Source of the DNA: a virus
Lineage: Duplodnaviria; Caudoviricetes
Length of the DNA: 64,000 nt
Virus record (IMG/VR): IMGVR_UViG_3300028833_000087
Span: 57,434 to 121,433 of that record
Reading direction: 5' to 3' (one strand)
Shown here: positions 20,758 to 30,791 of the stretch, piece by piece
Numbering within the stretch: position 1 is the stretch's first letter
How the letters are laid out: each line of letters opens with the position of its first letter
Translations under genes and position numbers: made by a program
Notes under the pieces: generated by a model
Told to the model about the DNA's origin: nothing
What the model saw: the letters and a program-made list of their open reading frames with translations, nothing else
The model's database searches: none

Positions 20758-21121
20758 TTTTTTAAATTGGGATGATTCTTCAAAAAAGAAAATATCTTTG
20801 ATAGCTTTGAAACCAAAATGTTCCTGCGGGTTAAGTAAATATAAAAAAATAGATGATATGCTTTTATTGAATGAAAAAAGATATATTAGCTATAGACGAA
20901 AAACTGATAAAATAATTAATAATTCAGCTTTCGGAATTGCATTAAATATAGATTTTGGGTCTTTATATCCATCTGCTACAGGAAGTCATATATTTAATAA
21001 AATAAAGAAAATATCAGAATCAATTTCGCGAATCAATAAATTCTCAAAACGAGATATAATAGAACAGAAAAAGATGAGCAAAATAAGTGATACAATACCA
21101 TTATATTGTTATACTAAGTAA
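20744..21121 (+). CDS. KISD-motif family protein with PolB motif A/B-like peptides
   Basis: MKISN, KISE, KISD; KIINNSAFG and IDFGSLYPS. Confidence 0.65.
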   Translation: MKISNFLNWDDSSKKKISLIALKPKCSCGLSKYKKIDDMLLLNEKRYISYRRKTDKIINNSAFGIALNIDFGSLYPSATGSHIFNKIKKISESISRINKFSKRDIIEQKKMSKISDTIPLYCYTK

Positions 21122-21174
21122 AAAATTCACATTAGATCTACTAATATATAATATTAGAAAGGTGGTGATTATAT

Positions 21175-24088
21175 TTGATTTGGGACAATTCTCCTACTTT
21201 AACTAAGTATAAAGATACTATGGAGAGATGTATAAATTTATATTATAAAGATCCTCCTCCTAAATCAGAATTAGATAAGATATTAGATTATAGTATTCGA
21301 AAGCGTTATAAGAAATCTAAAATAGAAGTAAATAACAGTTATAAGAAAACTGTTAGTAATTCTACATTATTATCCATAGCAGATTATATCGAATCAAGAA
21401 AGCCTATAGTAACAGCATATGGTACAATGTTTGAAAAGCATTGTAACTCATCTAATCTAATGGCTGAAACTGTACAATCATTTCTTGATCTTAGATCTGA
21501 GCATAAGAAAACTATGTTTAAGTTTCCTAAGGGATCTGAAGATTTTGAAAAGTATAATCTGCTTCAGCAACTTGATAAGATCGACGCCAACGGTATTGGG
21601 TCCAAGAATTATATATGCCGCCCGGGTTCGAAAGGATCAGGTGAATAAATGCACGAAATTGCTGGGAAGTGATAATGCTCTTTAGCCTATATGGTGGGGA
21701 AACTCAGAAACAAGTAAAGAGATGGTATATGGTGATAGTAAGCCTAAGTACTTTATAATTCACAATCAGCCTCCATTATTATGGATCATCGACTATCGAA
21801 AGCTAACCAAAATAAGGTATAGAAATATACACGAAGTGAGTAGAGTAGGGAAATTCCCGAATAGTGCAGTACCTAAGTCTCTATGAGATATGGTAAAGAT
21901 ATAGTCAGCGTCGAACGATATATGGAATTCTTGGTTTATACACATCCTTGCTGTATAATGTAAACGTAGCAACTACAATTACATCTCAAGGTAGATCTTT
22001 AGTATCTTCTATGTGTATGCAGTTTGAGATGTTTTTGAATGATAATGTACAATTCGGATCTATCAATGAGGTATTACAGTTTATAGATAATATTAAATCA
22101 GAAGCTCATACTCGTAGATATAATGATATGGTAGAACTTGATGATTATTTTGCAGTAAAACCTCAGGATGTATTCTATAAATTGGTAAAGAATTGTACTT
22201 GGAGATGGGTAATCAATGAAGAGGAAATGGATATACTTTGGAAAGTAATAAATAATCTCAATCAAGAAGATTTGAATAGAGTATGGTATAAGAATAATCT
22301 ATTTGAATTTTGTGAGAATTCCAAAGTATTTAATAGAGTAAGAAATATACTGAAGAAATTAAACCGTCCGTTGTTTAATTCACTTGAGATTCCTGAAGAG
22401 ATTGCTGATGATATAAAAGAATTCGGTGATTTACTGATGGAGTATGTCTATTATAAATATATGATAATAGATAGAGTGGATAAATGTGATAATATGATTA
22501 AGTCTGTTGTTATGGTACTAGATACAGACTCTAATATAGTATCACTTGATGGATGGTATAGATATGTATCTGAAAAGATATCTGGTGAGGAATTTAATAT
22601 TACCAATTATGATATTCCAATGACAATATTTGATGTCATAGAAGGCGATACTTTTAATTTTGATAAGTTCCCTGCTAGATATAAAAATACAGATGCAAAG
22701 AATAATTGGATGCAATGTATGACAGAAGCAAATGGGTCTAAATATGATTATGATTTTGATACAGATGAGATTGTAGAAATGGATCATTTCAATCATCCAG
22801 AAGTAATAACCTGTAATGATAATATGAGATATTCTATAATGAATATTCTTGCATATGTATTAGACAGAGTTGTTAATGATTATATGAATCAGTACTGTAT
22901 TAATAATAATTCTGTTTATAAAGACCCCAATGATAAGTCGAAGTACTATCGTAAGTGTAGAATTATAGCAAAGAATGAGTTCAGGTCAAACATTTAATTA
23001 GTAGTATTGATTAAATGCTTAAAAATCGTAGATGTGAACTTGTATGAGGATGGAAAACTCATACTGGCAACCTCCTTAACTGCTGGGGTGATTTAATCAT
23101 ATATGCTACAACATAATCCGAAAGGATAAGTGTGAATGCTTGAAAAATATATGACATACTTCGGTCAGCAGCGAAGCCTACATTGAAATTTGTGGGAATG
23201 CTCATCGACTATCGAAAGCTATATATCTATATAGAAATATATAGATTGAAAATAAGGTATCCATTAGTAAGAAGATACACGAAGCAAGTAGAGTACACTA
23301 TTTATAGTGGAAAGAGGAGGACCCTCCATAGAACTTGGTAATAGAGTTCAAGGGATATAATATAGTCAGACGTAAATTACGTTGCATTTACCAGATTAAT
23401 GATGACTGTTACTAAAAAGAACTATGCTTCTCTTCAAGCAGTACAAGAAGGTAATATGGTTCCTGAGGATAAACAGTTAGATGTAAAAGGAATAGAATGT
23501 CTTACCAAATCATCTAAATCTGAGTATACTAGGGATGCTTTGAAGAAGATATTATTGGAAGATATTATGAAAGTTCCTGCTATAGACCAGTTGAAGTTTA
23601 TTAAGGATATAGCTATATTCCAGAAGAGAATTATTAATTCTGTAGAATCTGGTTCTAAGGAATATTTTAAGCCAGCTACAGTAAAGGCAGTAAATACGTA
23701 TGATAATCCGATGAGTCAGCAAGGTGTAAAAGCATCTGTAGTTTGGAATGGAATCAAATCTGCAGATTATCCTGCACTGAACTTAGAGGAAAGAAATGCT
23801 ATTGATATTGCCAAAGTCAAAATCAATAAAGCAAATGTATGTAAGATTCAAGAATCATTTCCAGAAGTTTACGAAAACTGTTTAACCCTATTAGAAGATT
23901 CCAATTTTAAAGATGGAATTGATTGCATAGGAATTCCGCTTGATACTCCAACTCCTGAATGGGTGATGGAATTTGTAGATTATCAAGAAATTGTTGATAA
24001 TAATATTGGTGGCTTCCCATATGAATCTATAGGAATTAAACAGATAAATAAAAATAACGTAAACTGGACTAATATTGTAGAACTGTAA
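21175..24088 (+). CDS. polB: Family B DNA polymerase, C-terminal subunit; exons 21175-21594, 21918-22980, 23382-24088 (about 729 aa)
   Basis: Splicing restores motif B KIDANG|IYG and KNEF|AFTRLMMTVTKKNY; also TITSQGR, DTDS, KGIE; no exonuclease domain or motif A. Confidence 0.9.
21595..21917 (+). mobile_element. Group I intron 1 in DNA polymerase (no homing endonuclease)
   Basis: 5' splice after U in U.G pair (CGGT/ATGCCG), P10 CCAAGAATTATATAT vs 3' exon, core AATTGCTGGGAA, CATCGACTA, AAGATATAGTC, terminal G. Confidence 0.9.
22981..23381 (+). mobile_element. Group I intron 2 in DNA polymerase (no homing endonuclease)
   Basis: TGAGT/GCTTA P1, TAAATGC P10, core AACTGCTGGG, CAGCAGC, CATCGACTA, ATATAGTC, terminal G; frame restored. 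Confidence 0.85.
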
Positions 24089-24117
24089 ATGCAGTAACAG
24101 TTATATATTATAATTAC

Positions 24118-24222
24118 GAGTGATGGCGGAATAGGTAGACGCTAATAGAGGTCGGTTAGATATCGAATGAATAGGCTAGGCCAGAGGTCGGTATTATGTA
24201 AGGTGCAAATCCTTACTCACTC
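24118..24222 (+). tRNA. tRNA-like RNA (Leu-type D arm) with aberrant expanded anticodon arm
   Basis: Acceptor GAGTGA/TCACTC, D arm TGGCGGAATAGGTAGACGC, T arm GTAAGG-TGCAAAT-CCTTAC; no assignable anticodon, no encoded CCA. Confidence 0.6.
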
Positions 24223-24239
24223 TAATTATAAACAGGGCT

Positions 24240-24335
24240 GGGTCGTACGGCAGCACGCTTACTAGATAAGCACTGATCCGAGAGTTGCTGGGGCGGTCTG
24301 ACTTGGTTAATATAGTGGTGGGGCGTATCGACCTA
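24240..24335 (+). ncRNA. Small GC-rich structured RNA
   Basis: GGTCGTACG...CGTATCGACC closing stem, CAGCA/TGCTG and GCTTA/TAAGC inner stems, no ORF. Confidence 0.4.
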
Positions 24336-24355
24336 TTTTTAAGAAAGGAGATACT

Positions 24356-24592
24356 ATGATAGTTACAAATCAAGACACGGAACTTGAGTTGAAAACTATT
24401 TTAGGAAAAATAAGTTCTGCTAGAAATAAAGAATTTTCTGGTACGAATAGAATGGGCTGTTCTGAGAATTGGCATGATATATACTATGCAATTGCTCAAG
24501 TATTTACAGATAATGAATTAGCCAGTATGTCAAAAAGAGAAATAGATAATTTAATAAAATTAGCAGAAGCGATCCAGGAGGCATTATATTGA
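24356..24592 (+). CDS. Hypothetical protein
   Basis: 78 aa, AAGGAG SD. Confidence 0.7.
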   Translation: MIVTNQDTELELKTILGKISSARNKEFSGTNRMGCSENWHDIYYAIAQVFTDNELASMSKREIDNLIKLAEAIQEALY

Positions 24593-24754
24593 GAAAATAT
24601 AAGTGGTTAATTGATGGTATAAAAATATCAAAAAAATAAGAAAATGTGGAATAGAAAAGTCAGACGAGCAAAAAACTTATCTAATCATTGTTTTTACAAG
24701 AAGCTTGCTGGTGAATCAATGTGGGATATGATACCTTAGAAGGGAGGTGATATA

Positions 24755-24895
24755 ATGGGACAGCAAATCGGAGTTATTACTGAAATTGGTGATATGGGTC
24801 TTGGATTCGAACCTCTTAATGAGACAGATCAGATGAAATATGATAAGTCTCAAAAAGAGAAAGACGAAGACAAGAAAGATGAAGAAAAGAAGTAA
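24755..24895 (+). CDS. Small charged protein (not in ORF track)
   Basis: GGGAGGTG SD, 46 aa. Confidence 0.55.
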   Translation: MGQQIGVITEIGDMGLGFEPLNETDQMKYDKSQKEKDEDKKDEEKK

Positions 24896-24938
24896 ATAAG
24901 AAATCTCGTACAGCTCTCCAACTGAAAAGGAGGATTGT

Positions 24939-25751
24939 ATGAATAATAATCAAGTTAAAGCTGGTATTTTAGATTTTTTAGTAAAAATACTGGCTATATG
25001 TTGTGTATTTATGGGATTAGCAATAATATCCTTAAAAGCACAATATAAAAAGGCAACAGAAGCAGCCGAAAGTGAAAAGGCTAATTACGAAGCAAAAATC
25101 TTTAATCTGTCATTTTCTAATACAGTAGCAAAGAATCAGATGGAGAACCAGATAAAAGATTATGAAGCGACAATAAATGATTTATATGATGCTTGTGAAG
25201 TATTAGATAATCAAAATAAGTCGCTGGTTGCGAGTAATGAAGAATATTACTCAAAGCTAGAAGAAGTTACTGATAAACTTGAGTTGTACGAGAAATATGA
25301 TTATGCATTATTCTTTGGAGGTAAACGAAATGATATTACTTACGATCAATTAGTTACTCTAGAGGATTGCATAGATGAATCCAGTATACCTGATCCAGAT
25401 TTAATTCTAGCATGGGTTATGGTAGAATCACACGGTTTTACTGGAGCCAACAATCCTAATTCTTCAGCTAAAGGATATGGGCAATTTCTAGATGGTACTA
25501 GTAAATTTGTTTATACAAAATTGCTTGGAGAGAAAGGATGGACACCTTCTGTAGCATATGATGGTGAAACCAATATTCGTATGATGGTTGCGTATACTGA
25601 CTATTTATATGATTATTATGGTGGACCTTATGGTATGCTCAAAGGATATACAGGATCTTCAAATCCTGAGTTTCTCAACAGTTATACAAGTAAGCTTAAT
25701 ACTTACTTAAGACATGCTGGGAAAAGTTTTAACGATATGTATCAATATTAA
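24939..25751 (+). CDS. Membrane-anchored lytic transglycosylase (SLT-like) with coiled coil
   Basis: VESHG..ANNPNSSAKGYGQF; N-terminal TM. Confidence 0.8.
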   Translation: MNNNQVKAGILDFLVKILAICCVFMGLAIISLKAQYKKATEAAESEKANYEAKIFNLSFSNTVAKNQMENQIKDYEATINDLYDACEVLDNQNKSLVASNEEYYSKLEEVTDKLELYEKYDYALFFGGKRNDITYDQLVTLEDCIDESSIPDPDLILAWVMVESHGFTGANNPNSSAKGYGQFLDGTSKFVYTKLLGEKGWTPSVAYDGETNIRMMVAYTDYLYDYYGGPYGMLKGYTGSSNPEFLNSYTSKLNTYLRHAGKSFNDMYQY

Positions 25752-25815
25752 CTAAGTTCCTTGAGGTGGAAGCCTCAAGGAATTATTTTTCTCAATGACA
25801 AAGGAGGACACCTAA

Positions 25816-26322
25816 ATGGCATATGCAATTCAAAGACAGAATTTAATATCGGAAGTAAAAGCTTATCTAGTAAATACAGTATCATGTAAAGATACAGATG
25901 AGTCTTTTTCGACAATGCATACTTATTCAGATGAAGTGAATGATGCAATAAAATTTAATGAACTTGAAGATGTAGTGAAGTATATAAAACGATTAATAAA
26001 TTCTGATGCTAAATTGAGGGATGGTCTGGTTGAAAAATATCTTAGCAAAGATAAAAGTTGTATTATGATGAACAGATTTGATATAGACAAACTAGAAAAG
26101 AGTTTTGATGATTTGTTTTTGGCATTTTTTATTGAGAATATTTCCACCTGTAATAGATATATTGTTTATGACTATGATAAAAATGAAGAGATATTGATAC
26201 TGGACGATATCGGAAAACGAGGAGAAGGTAGCCATATAATAATTACTATACCACATAATTCGAGTATACCAAAAGAATTGATATTGTTGACTCAAATTAG
26301 ATTAAACGAGGAGGATAATTAA
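25816..26322 (+). CDS. Hypothetical protein (A-x2-F-x5-A motif family)
   Basis: DAIKFNELEDV; SD. Confidence 0.7.
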   Translation: MAYAIQRQNLISEVKAYLVNTVSCKDTDESFSTMHTYSDEVNDAIKFNELEDVVKYIKRLINSDAKLRDGLVEKYLSKDKSCIMMNRFDIDKLEKSFDDLFLAFFIENISTCNRYIVYDYDKNEEILILDDIGKRGEGSHIIITIPHNSSIPKELILLTQIRLNEEDN

Positions 26323-26529
26323 ATGGATAAATTAGAGAAAGTAAACTAAAACATTAAAGAACTGATCGATATGATAATATTTTATTAGCAATTTGTTGGT
26401 CCAATGGCTAATGGTAATTGTGAGCATTTTGATTATTCCGGTCGAGATTGTGATAATTGTGATAAATGTAAAGAAATGTATTTTGAAAAACGTAAACAGA
26501 ATTATTTAGAAAGATTTATTGTAAAATAA
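26323..26529 (+). pseudogene. Small Cys-rich gene with two in-frame stops
   Basis: GAGGAGG SD, ATG 26323, TAA 26347 and TAG 26386 in frame, then C..C..C..C to TAA. Confidence 0.5.
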
Positions 26530-26543
26530 AGGAGGAAAATAAT

Positions 26544-26942
26544 ATGTCAATGCCAATCAAAAAGATAATCGATCTCAATACGATGAATAAAGCGGACTAC
26601 TTTAAAAAATATTATGTAATAACAAGAATGAGCAAAGATAAAAACGAATCAGAAAGAGTGCGTCTTTATCTTACATTTAGTGGTGATTTTAATCACTTAG
26701 ATGCAGATTGGGAACCTGATCCTGATAAAGCAGCAAGATTTATATCACCTGAATTTGCTGTTGAATGCTTTAAAAACTATGTATCTAAAATAGATATGCT
26801 TCTTGAAGATGGAACTAAAGAAAATAAAGAGATAATAACAATTCGTGAATTTTGCGAATATATAAAATATGATAAAGATTTAGAAATGGATTTTCATATA
26901 TATTTAGATGGAAATGTAAGCTATTTATATGAAAAAATGTAA
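26544..26942 (+). CDS. Hypothetical protein, paralog of 27391-27798
   Basis: KIIDL..YYVI.R..YL.F.GDFN..W..D..KAA.F. Confidence 0.75.
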   Translation: MSMPIKKIIDLNTMNKADYFKKYYVITRMSKDKNESERVRLYLTFSGDFNHLDADWEPDPDKAARFISPEFAVECFKNYVSKIDMLLEDGTKENKEIITIREFCEYIKYDKDLEMDFHIYLDGNVSYLYEKM

Positions 26943-26957
26943 AAGGAAGGAAATTAA

Positions 26958-27386
26958 ATGAAAGATGAAAAACAAAAAGTATTAATATTAGATCAATATA
27001 TGGATAGTGATATAAGTGTATACTATTTTATTATCGAGATATATCATTTTGAAGAAAAATTCTCATCATATTTTATTTTAAAAGAGAATAGTACTGATTG
27101 TTGGACTAATGATATAACAGAGGCTACTAAATTCATATCTAAGGATGAAGCTGAAAGAGAATTTTTTAAATACTATCGAGAATTAAAGATAAAAGAAGAG
27201 AGTTGTACACTTGTAGATTTTGCAGAAGTAACAGATATGGATAAGATAGAAAAGGGTAATTTTGACTTTGTTATAAGAAGTGTACTAGAAGTATTTTTAG
27301 AGAAAGAAAATACAATAGTTTATATCAAAAATTGTACAAAAAAGACAGCAGGTTTTTATAATATTATATATAAGAAAGGAGAATAA
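26958..27386 (+). CDS. Hypothetical protein (same motif family)
   Basis: WTNDITEATKFISKDEA. Confidence 0.75.
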   Translation: MKDEKQKVLILDQYMDSDISVYYFIIEIYHFEEKFSSYFILKENSTDCWTNDITEATKFISKDEAEREFFKYYRELKIKEESCTLVDFAEVTDMDKIEKGNFDFVIRSVLEVFLEKENTIVYIKNCTKKTAGFYNIIYKKGE

Positions 27387-27390
27387 AAAT

Positions 27391-27798
27391 ATGTCGAGTG
27401 GAGTAGAAAAGGTAATTAATTTATCAGAATTTAAAAAGAAAAATGGTTATAAATTTTTCTATATAATAAGCAGAGAGCGTGAAGGAGTTTCCGGTGAAAC
27501 TGGAGAATCGATTGAAGATGCGAAATATACAGAATATCTTCAATTTGAAGGCGAATTTAATGAATTAAAATATGACTGGACCGATGATATATCCAAAGCT
27601 GCTAAATTTAAAGCAGCTGAGCTTGCAAAAACAATGTATGAATATTATGTGGATGATATAAATATTATAGACGATGGAGGAAAAGGTACCATGTCTATAT
27701 GCAATTGTTATATGTATACTGAATATGATACAGATCTTGATATAAAATTTTGCATATATCAGTTAGGAAATGTGGAAACATATTTTGAAAATGTCTAA
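27391..27798 (+). CDS. Hypothetical protein, paralog of 26544-26942
   Basis: WTDDISKAAKFKAAELA. Confidence 0.75.
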   Translation: MSSGVEKVINLSEFKKKNGYKFFYIISREREGVSGETGESIEDAKYTEYLQFEGEFNELKYDWTDDISKAAKFKAAELAKTMYEYYVDDINIIDDGGKGTMSICNCYMYTEYDTDLDIKFCIYQLGNVETYFENV

Positions 27799-27827
27799 AT
27801 AAAAATAATATAATTAGGAGGAAATCA

Positions 27828-28097
27828 ATGGTTAATAGAGATGTAATAAAATGTATACAGATAATGCTTAATGATGATGCAGAAAAAGTACAACCTATGG
27901 CTAATGGTTTCGGCGAAGGATGTTCTTATTATCAAGGATATATAGCACATTGTAGAGATTTTTCTGCAAAGCTGGAAAAATTTGCAGAAACTTTTCCGCC
28001 TAATGAAATTAATATTGTTCCTGAGATTGCACTTTTAACAATTGAAACCTTATCGAAAGCATTAGAAGCGAGGGATAATGATAATGAAGAAATTTAA
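27828..28097 (+). CDS. Hypothetical protein
   Basis: 89 aa, AGGAGG SD. Confidence 0.7.
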   Translation: MVNRDVIKCIQIMLNDDAEKVQPMANGFGEGCSYYQGYIAHCRDFSAKLEKFAETFPPNEINIVPEIALLTIETLSKALEARDNDNEEI

Positions 28098-28650
28098 ATT
28101 TGTACTTGAAGCTGAAATTAAGGAAGAATTTGATGAAGATGTGAAAAATATTATAGCAGATGCTATAGAAAAATTGGTTCCTTATGCAGAAAATGGAGTA
28201 AAATCGAAATATGTTTCCAAAAATAAAATCTCCAAAAATATTACTAACAAGTCTATTTGTGATTTAATTAGAATACAAATTGAAAATAGGAAGAATGAAA
28301 TTCTGGATAATGGTTTTGGATGGATAATAGCTATTCAAAAGACTTCAGATAAAAAGATATACTTCGGAGAACCTGTTAGATCGAAGCCGACTTATGTTGA
28401 TGATTTTAAGAAAGCTGTTATCTTTTGGAGTAAAGAAGAAGCTATGCTAGCGTTCGAAAGTTCAACAGGGTTTAATTTAAAAAAGATAATTTATTCACAA
28501 GCATATCCTTTAGTACAGCTGTGTACTGTACCTGTAACAAAATCGGAAGAAAAATCTAGAGATGATTTTATTGTTCTTGTACCGATCGAGGGAGAAGTTG
28601 TTGTGAGTGAATATATTATACTAAATTACAATGGAGAGGAGTTTGAATAA
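28078..28650 (+). CDS. Hypothetical protein (same motif family)
   Basis: YVDDFKKAVIFWSKEEA. Confidence 0.7.
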   Translation: MIMKKFKFVLEAEIKEEFDEDVKNIIADAIEKLVPYAENGVKSKYVSKNKISKNITNKSICDLIRIQIENRKNEILDNGFGWIIAIQKTSDKKIYFGEPVRSKPTYVDDFKKAVIFWSKEEAMLAFESSTGFNLKKIIYSQAYPLVQLCTVPVTKSEEKSRDDFIVLVPIEGEVVVSEYIILNYNGEEFE

Positions 28651-28651
28651 T

Positions 28652-29554
28652 ATGGACAAGATTTTTAAAGAGATGAGTTTATGTAACAAGTACTATGATG
28701 GTGATTTTTATACAATTGCCATTAATAAGTACAATAAGAAGAATGAAAGGCGTGTAGAGTTTTATAAGAAAGCAAAGTCTGAGAAGTCCAAGATATGGGT
28801 AAAGGATGTATTAGATAGCACAAGATTCAAGGATTATGCTTCTGCTATAACTCATCTTGAGAAGACTTATGACTGTGAAATCGAGTATATATCTAGTGAT
28901 AGAGGTGATTGTGATTATATGATCTGTCATGTGGTACTCGAAAAGGGATTGCCAGTAGGATTTTCTTATCTCAACTTCAAAGCTAAAAGTTCAGAAAAAT
29001 ATAAGAATTATCCTCAGTATATTCATGATTCTAATGATGATAATGCTAACATTCATGTTCCGTTAGGACCTGCTTTACAACTTCATATACCTGAAGATGA
29101 GATAAACGATTTAAAAACCCTTATCAATGAATGCTATAAAGAAAAAGCCAAAGGTGGAAAACCTCCTGTGGTAGTTGATAGTATTCCTATGCCTGATTTG
29201 GTAAAAGATAATTCTTCAAATAACAAAGAAATACCTCATAAGTATTATGTAGAGTATTATGTATTAGTATTTCATAATGATGAAGGTAAAGATTGTTATT
29301 TTCAGGGGTTTAATGAATATGGTTGTGAGTCATACGATTCTTTTAAATATGCAAAGAAATTTAATGATTTCGACTCAGCATTATCAATGACGATAGCTTT
29401 AGAAGATCCTGTTCCTATTGAATCCTGTGAAAACAATGATCCATGTAAGTTATTCTCTATAACTAAAATAAGAGAATACAGTAATGGTAATTGGTTTGTA
29501 ATTGACAGTAAATCTTATAAAGATTTAGATGAAGAAGATGCAGATGAGGAGTGA
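28652..29554 (+). CDS. Hypothetical protein with two copies of the motif
   Basis: WVKDVLDSTRFKDYASA and YDSFKYAKKFNDFDSA. Confidence 0.75.
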   Translation: MDKIFKEMSLCNKYYDGDFYTIAINKYNKKNERRVEFYKKAKSEKSKIWVKDVLDSTRFKDYASAITHLEKTYDCEIEYISSDRGDCDYMICHVVLEKGLPVGFSYLNFKAKSSEKYKNYPQYIHDSNDDNANIHVPLGPALQLHIPEDEINDLKTLINECYKEKAKGGKPPVVVDSIPMPDLVKDNSSNNKEIPHKYYVEYYVLVFHNDEGKDCYFQGFNEYGCESYDSFKYAKKFNDFDSALSMTIALEDPVPIESCENNDPCKLFSITKIREYSNGNWFVIDSKSYKDLDEEDADEE

Positions 29555-29558
29555 TAAT

Positions 29559-30731
29559 ATGGCAGATATTAAGATCAATATTACTGGTATTTCAGCTGAG
29601 GACATTAAGTCCTTGGCTGATAAAATCAGCATTGAAACAGATAAAAAAGAAGAAATGTATTATGTATGTAATGATAGAGAAAAAGGTCCATTCAAGGACT
29701 ATGATAATAAATATGAGGCTATTGTAAAATACGAAGAAGAACATAATGTATTGCTCAGAGAAGTACCAAGAGAGATGCCCGAAGAAAAATATTCTTATTC
29801 GTCAAATATTGCTTATCTCTATACTTCAAATAGTAGAATGCTTGCAAGATTTGTTGAGATTCCTAACGATACATACTATGAAATAGATGAAGGAAATATA
29901 ACGGATGATGATTATCCTGATCTGTTCTTAGTTAGAACAAGCACTCTTGAGTCTTGCATAGATAAAATTATGACTTATACAGGTGCTGAATATATAATAG
30001 AAGTTAAGAGAGAAGAAGATAAAGAATTTTCTTATGATCTTATGGTAGATTATTGTGTTGGAGATGATCTTATCGATAGAAAATATTATAATCTTGCAGA
30101 AAGGCCAAGATATAAATATTATTTCAACACATTTCATGATTCTAACAAAAATCCTATATACTTCGATTCTGAAAAAGAAGCAATACAATATGTAGAAAGA
30201 AATTTCAAAGTAAAATTAGTTGAACCTAATGAAATGTTACAAATGTCAAATGATTCTTTAATAGAACTTATATGTTGTACACAAATAGGTCCGGAAGAAA
30301 AGATAATAGATTCAAAGATGTTTTATAGGATTAATATTGATGCACAGTATAAGAAAATTTTTGATCTAGGAATCTCAATTGAAGACAAGTTAAAAAATTT
30401 GCTTAAAAATCAGGAAAATAAAGATGCAAATAAAGAATATTATTGCTGGAACGATAATGAACTTCATGGATTTCCTAATATAAGATGTACACAAACACCA
30501 GACGGATTTGAATACATATATCCTCAAGAATTCAAATCTTGTAAAGAAGCTATTACATGGTATGAAAACAATAATCAAGTGCATCTTGAAAAGACAACCA
30601 TAACAAAAGTTCTAGCTTTAGAAGATCCGGACAAATTTACTATTTTAGAGCATCATTATCCTATCAAAGTAACCGATAATGATAAGAAAAGTACCAAGAT
30701 AGTAAATAAAGTATATTACGAAAAGATTTAA
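29559..30731 (+). CDS. Hypothetical repetitive protein
   Basis: Repeated F/Y.S..EAI..YE...V.L modules. Confidence 0.75.
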   Translation: MADIKINITGISAEDIKSLADKISIETDKKEEMYYVCNDREKGPFKDYDNKYEAIVKYEEEHNVLLREVPREMPEEKYSYSSNIAYLYTSNSRMLARFVEIPNDTYYEIDEGNITDDDYPDLFLVRTSTLESCIDKIMTYTGAEYIIEVKREEDKEFSYDLMVDYCVGDDLIDRKYYNLAERPRYKYYFNTFHDSNKNPIYFDSEKEAIQYVERNFKVKLVEPNEMLQMSNDSLIELICCTQIGPEEKIIDSKMFYRINIDAQYKKIFDLGISIEDKLKNLLKNQENKDANKEYYCWNDNELHGFPNIRCTQTPDGFEYIYPQEFKSCKEAITWYENNNQVHLEKTTITKVLALEDPDKFTILEHHYPIKVTDNDKKSTKIVNKVYYEKI

Positions 30732-30791
30732 CTATAAAGATCCCATTGTTATTAGCAATGGGATCTTTATTTAAAAGAAAGGAGTGTAATA

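Noticed and set aside
21485-21685. 66-aa ORF running into intron 1 as a possible homing endonuclease
   Set aside because: Out-of-frame overlap, no HNH/GIY-YIG/LAGLIDADG motif, too short
19414-26529. Stop-codon reassignment suggested by in-frame TAA/TAG in small genes
   Set aside because: Long genes are intact in code 11 and TAA, TAG and TGA all end genes at normal junctions; lesions are best read as pseudogenes
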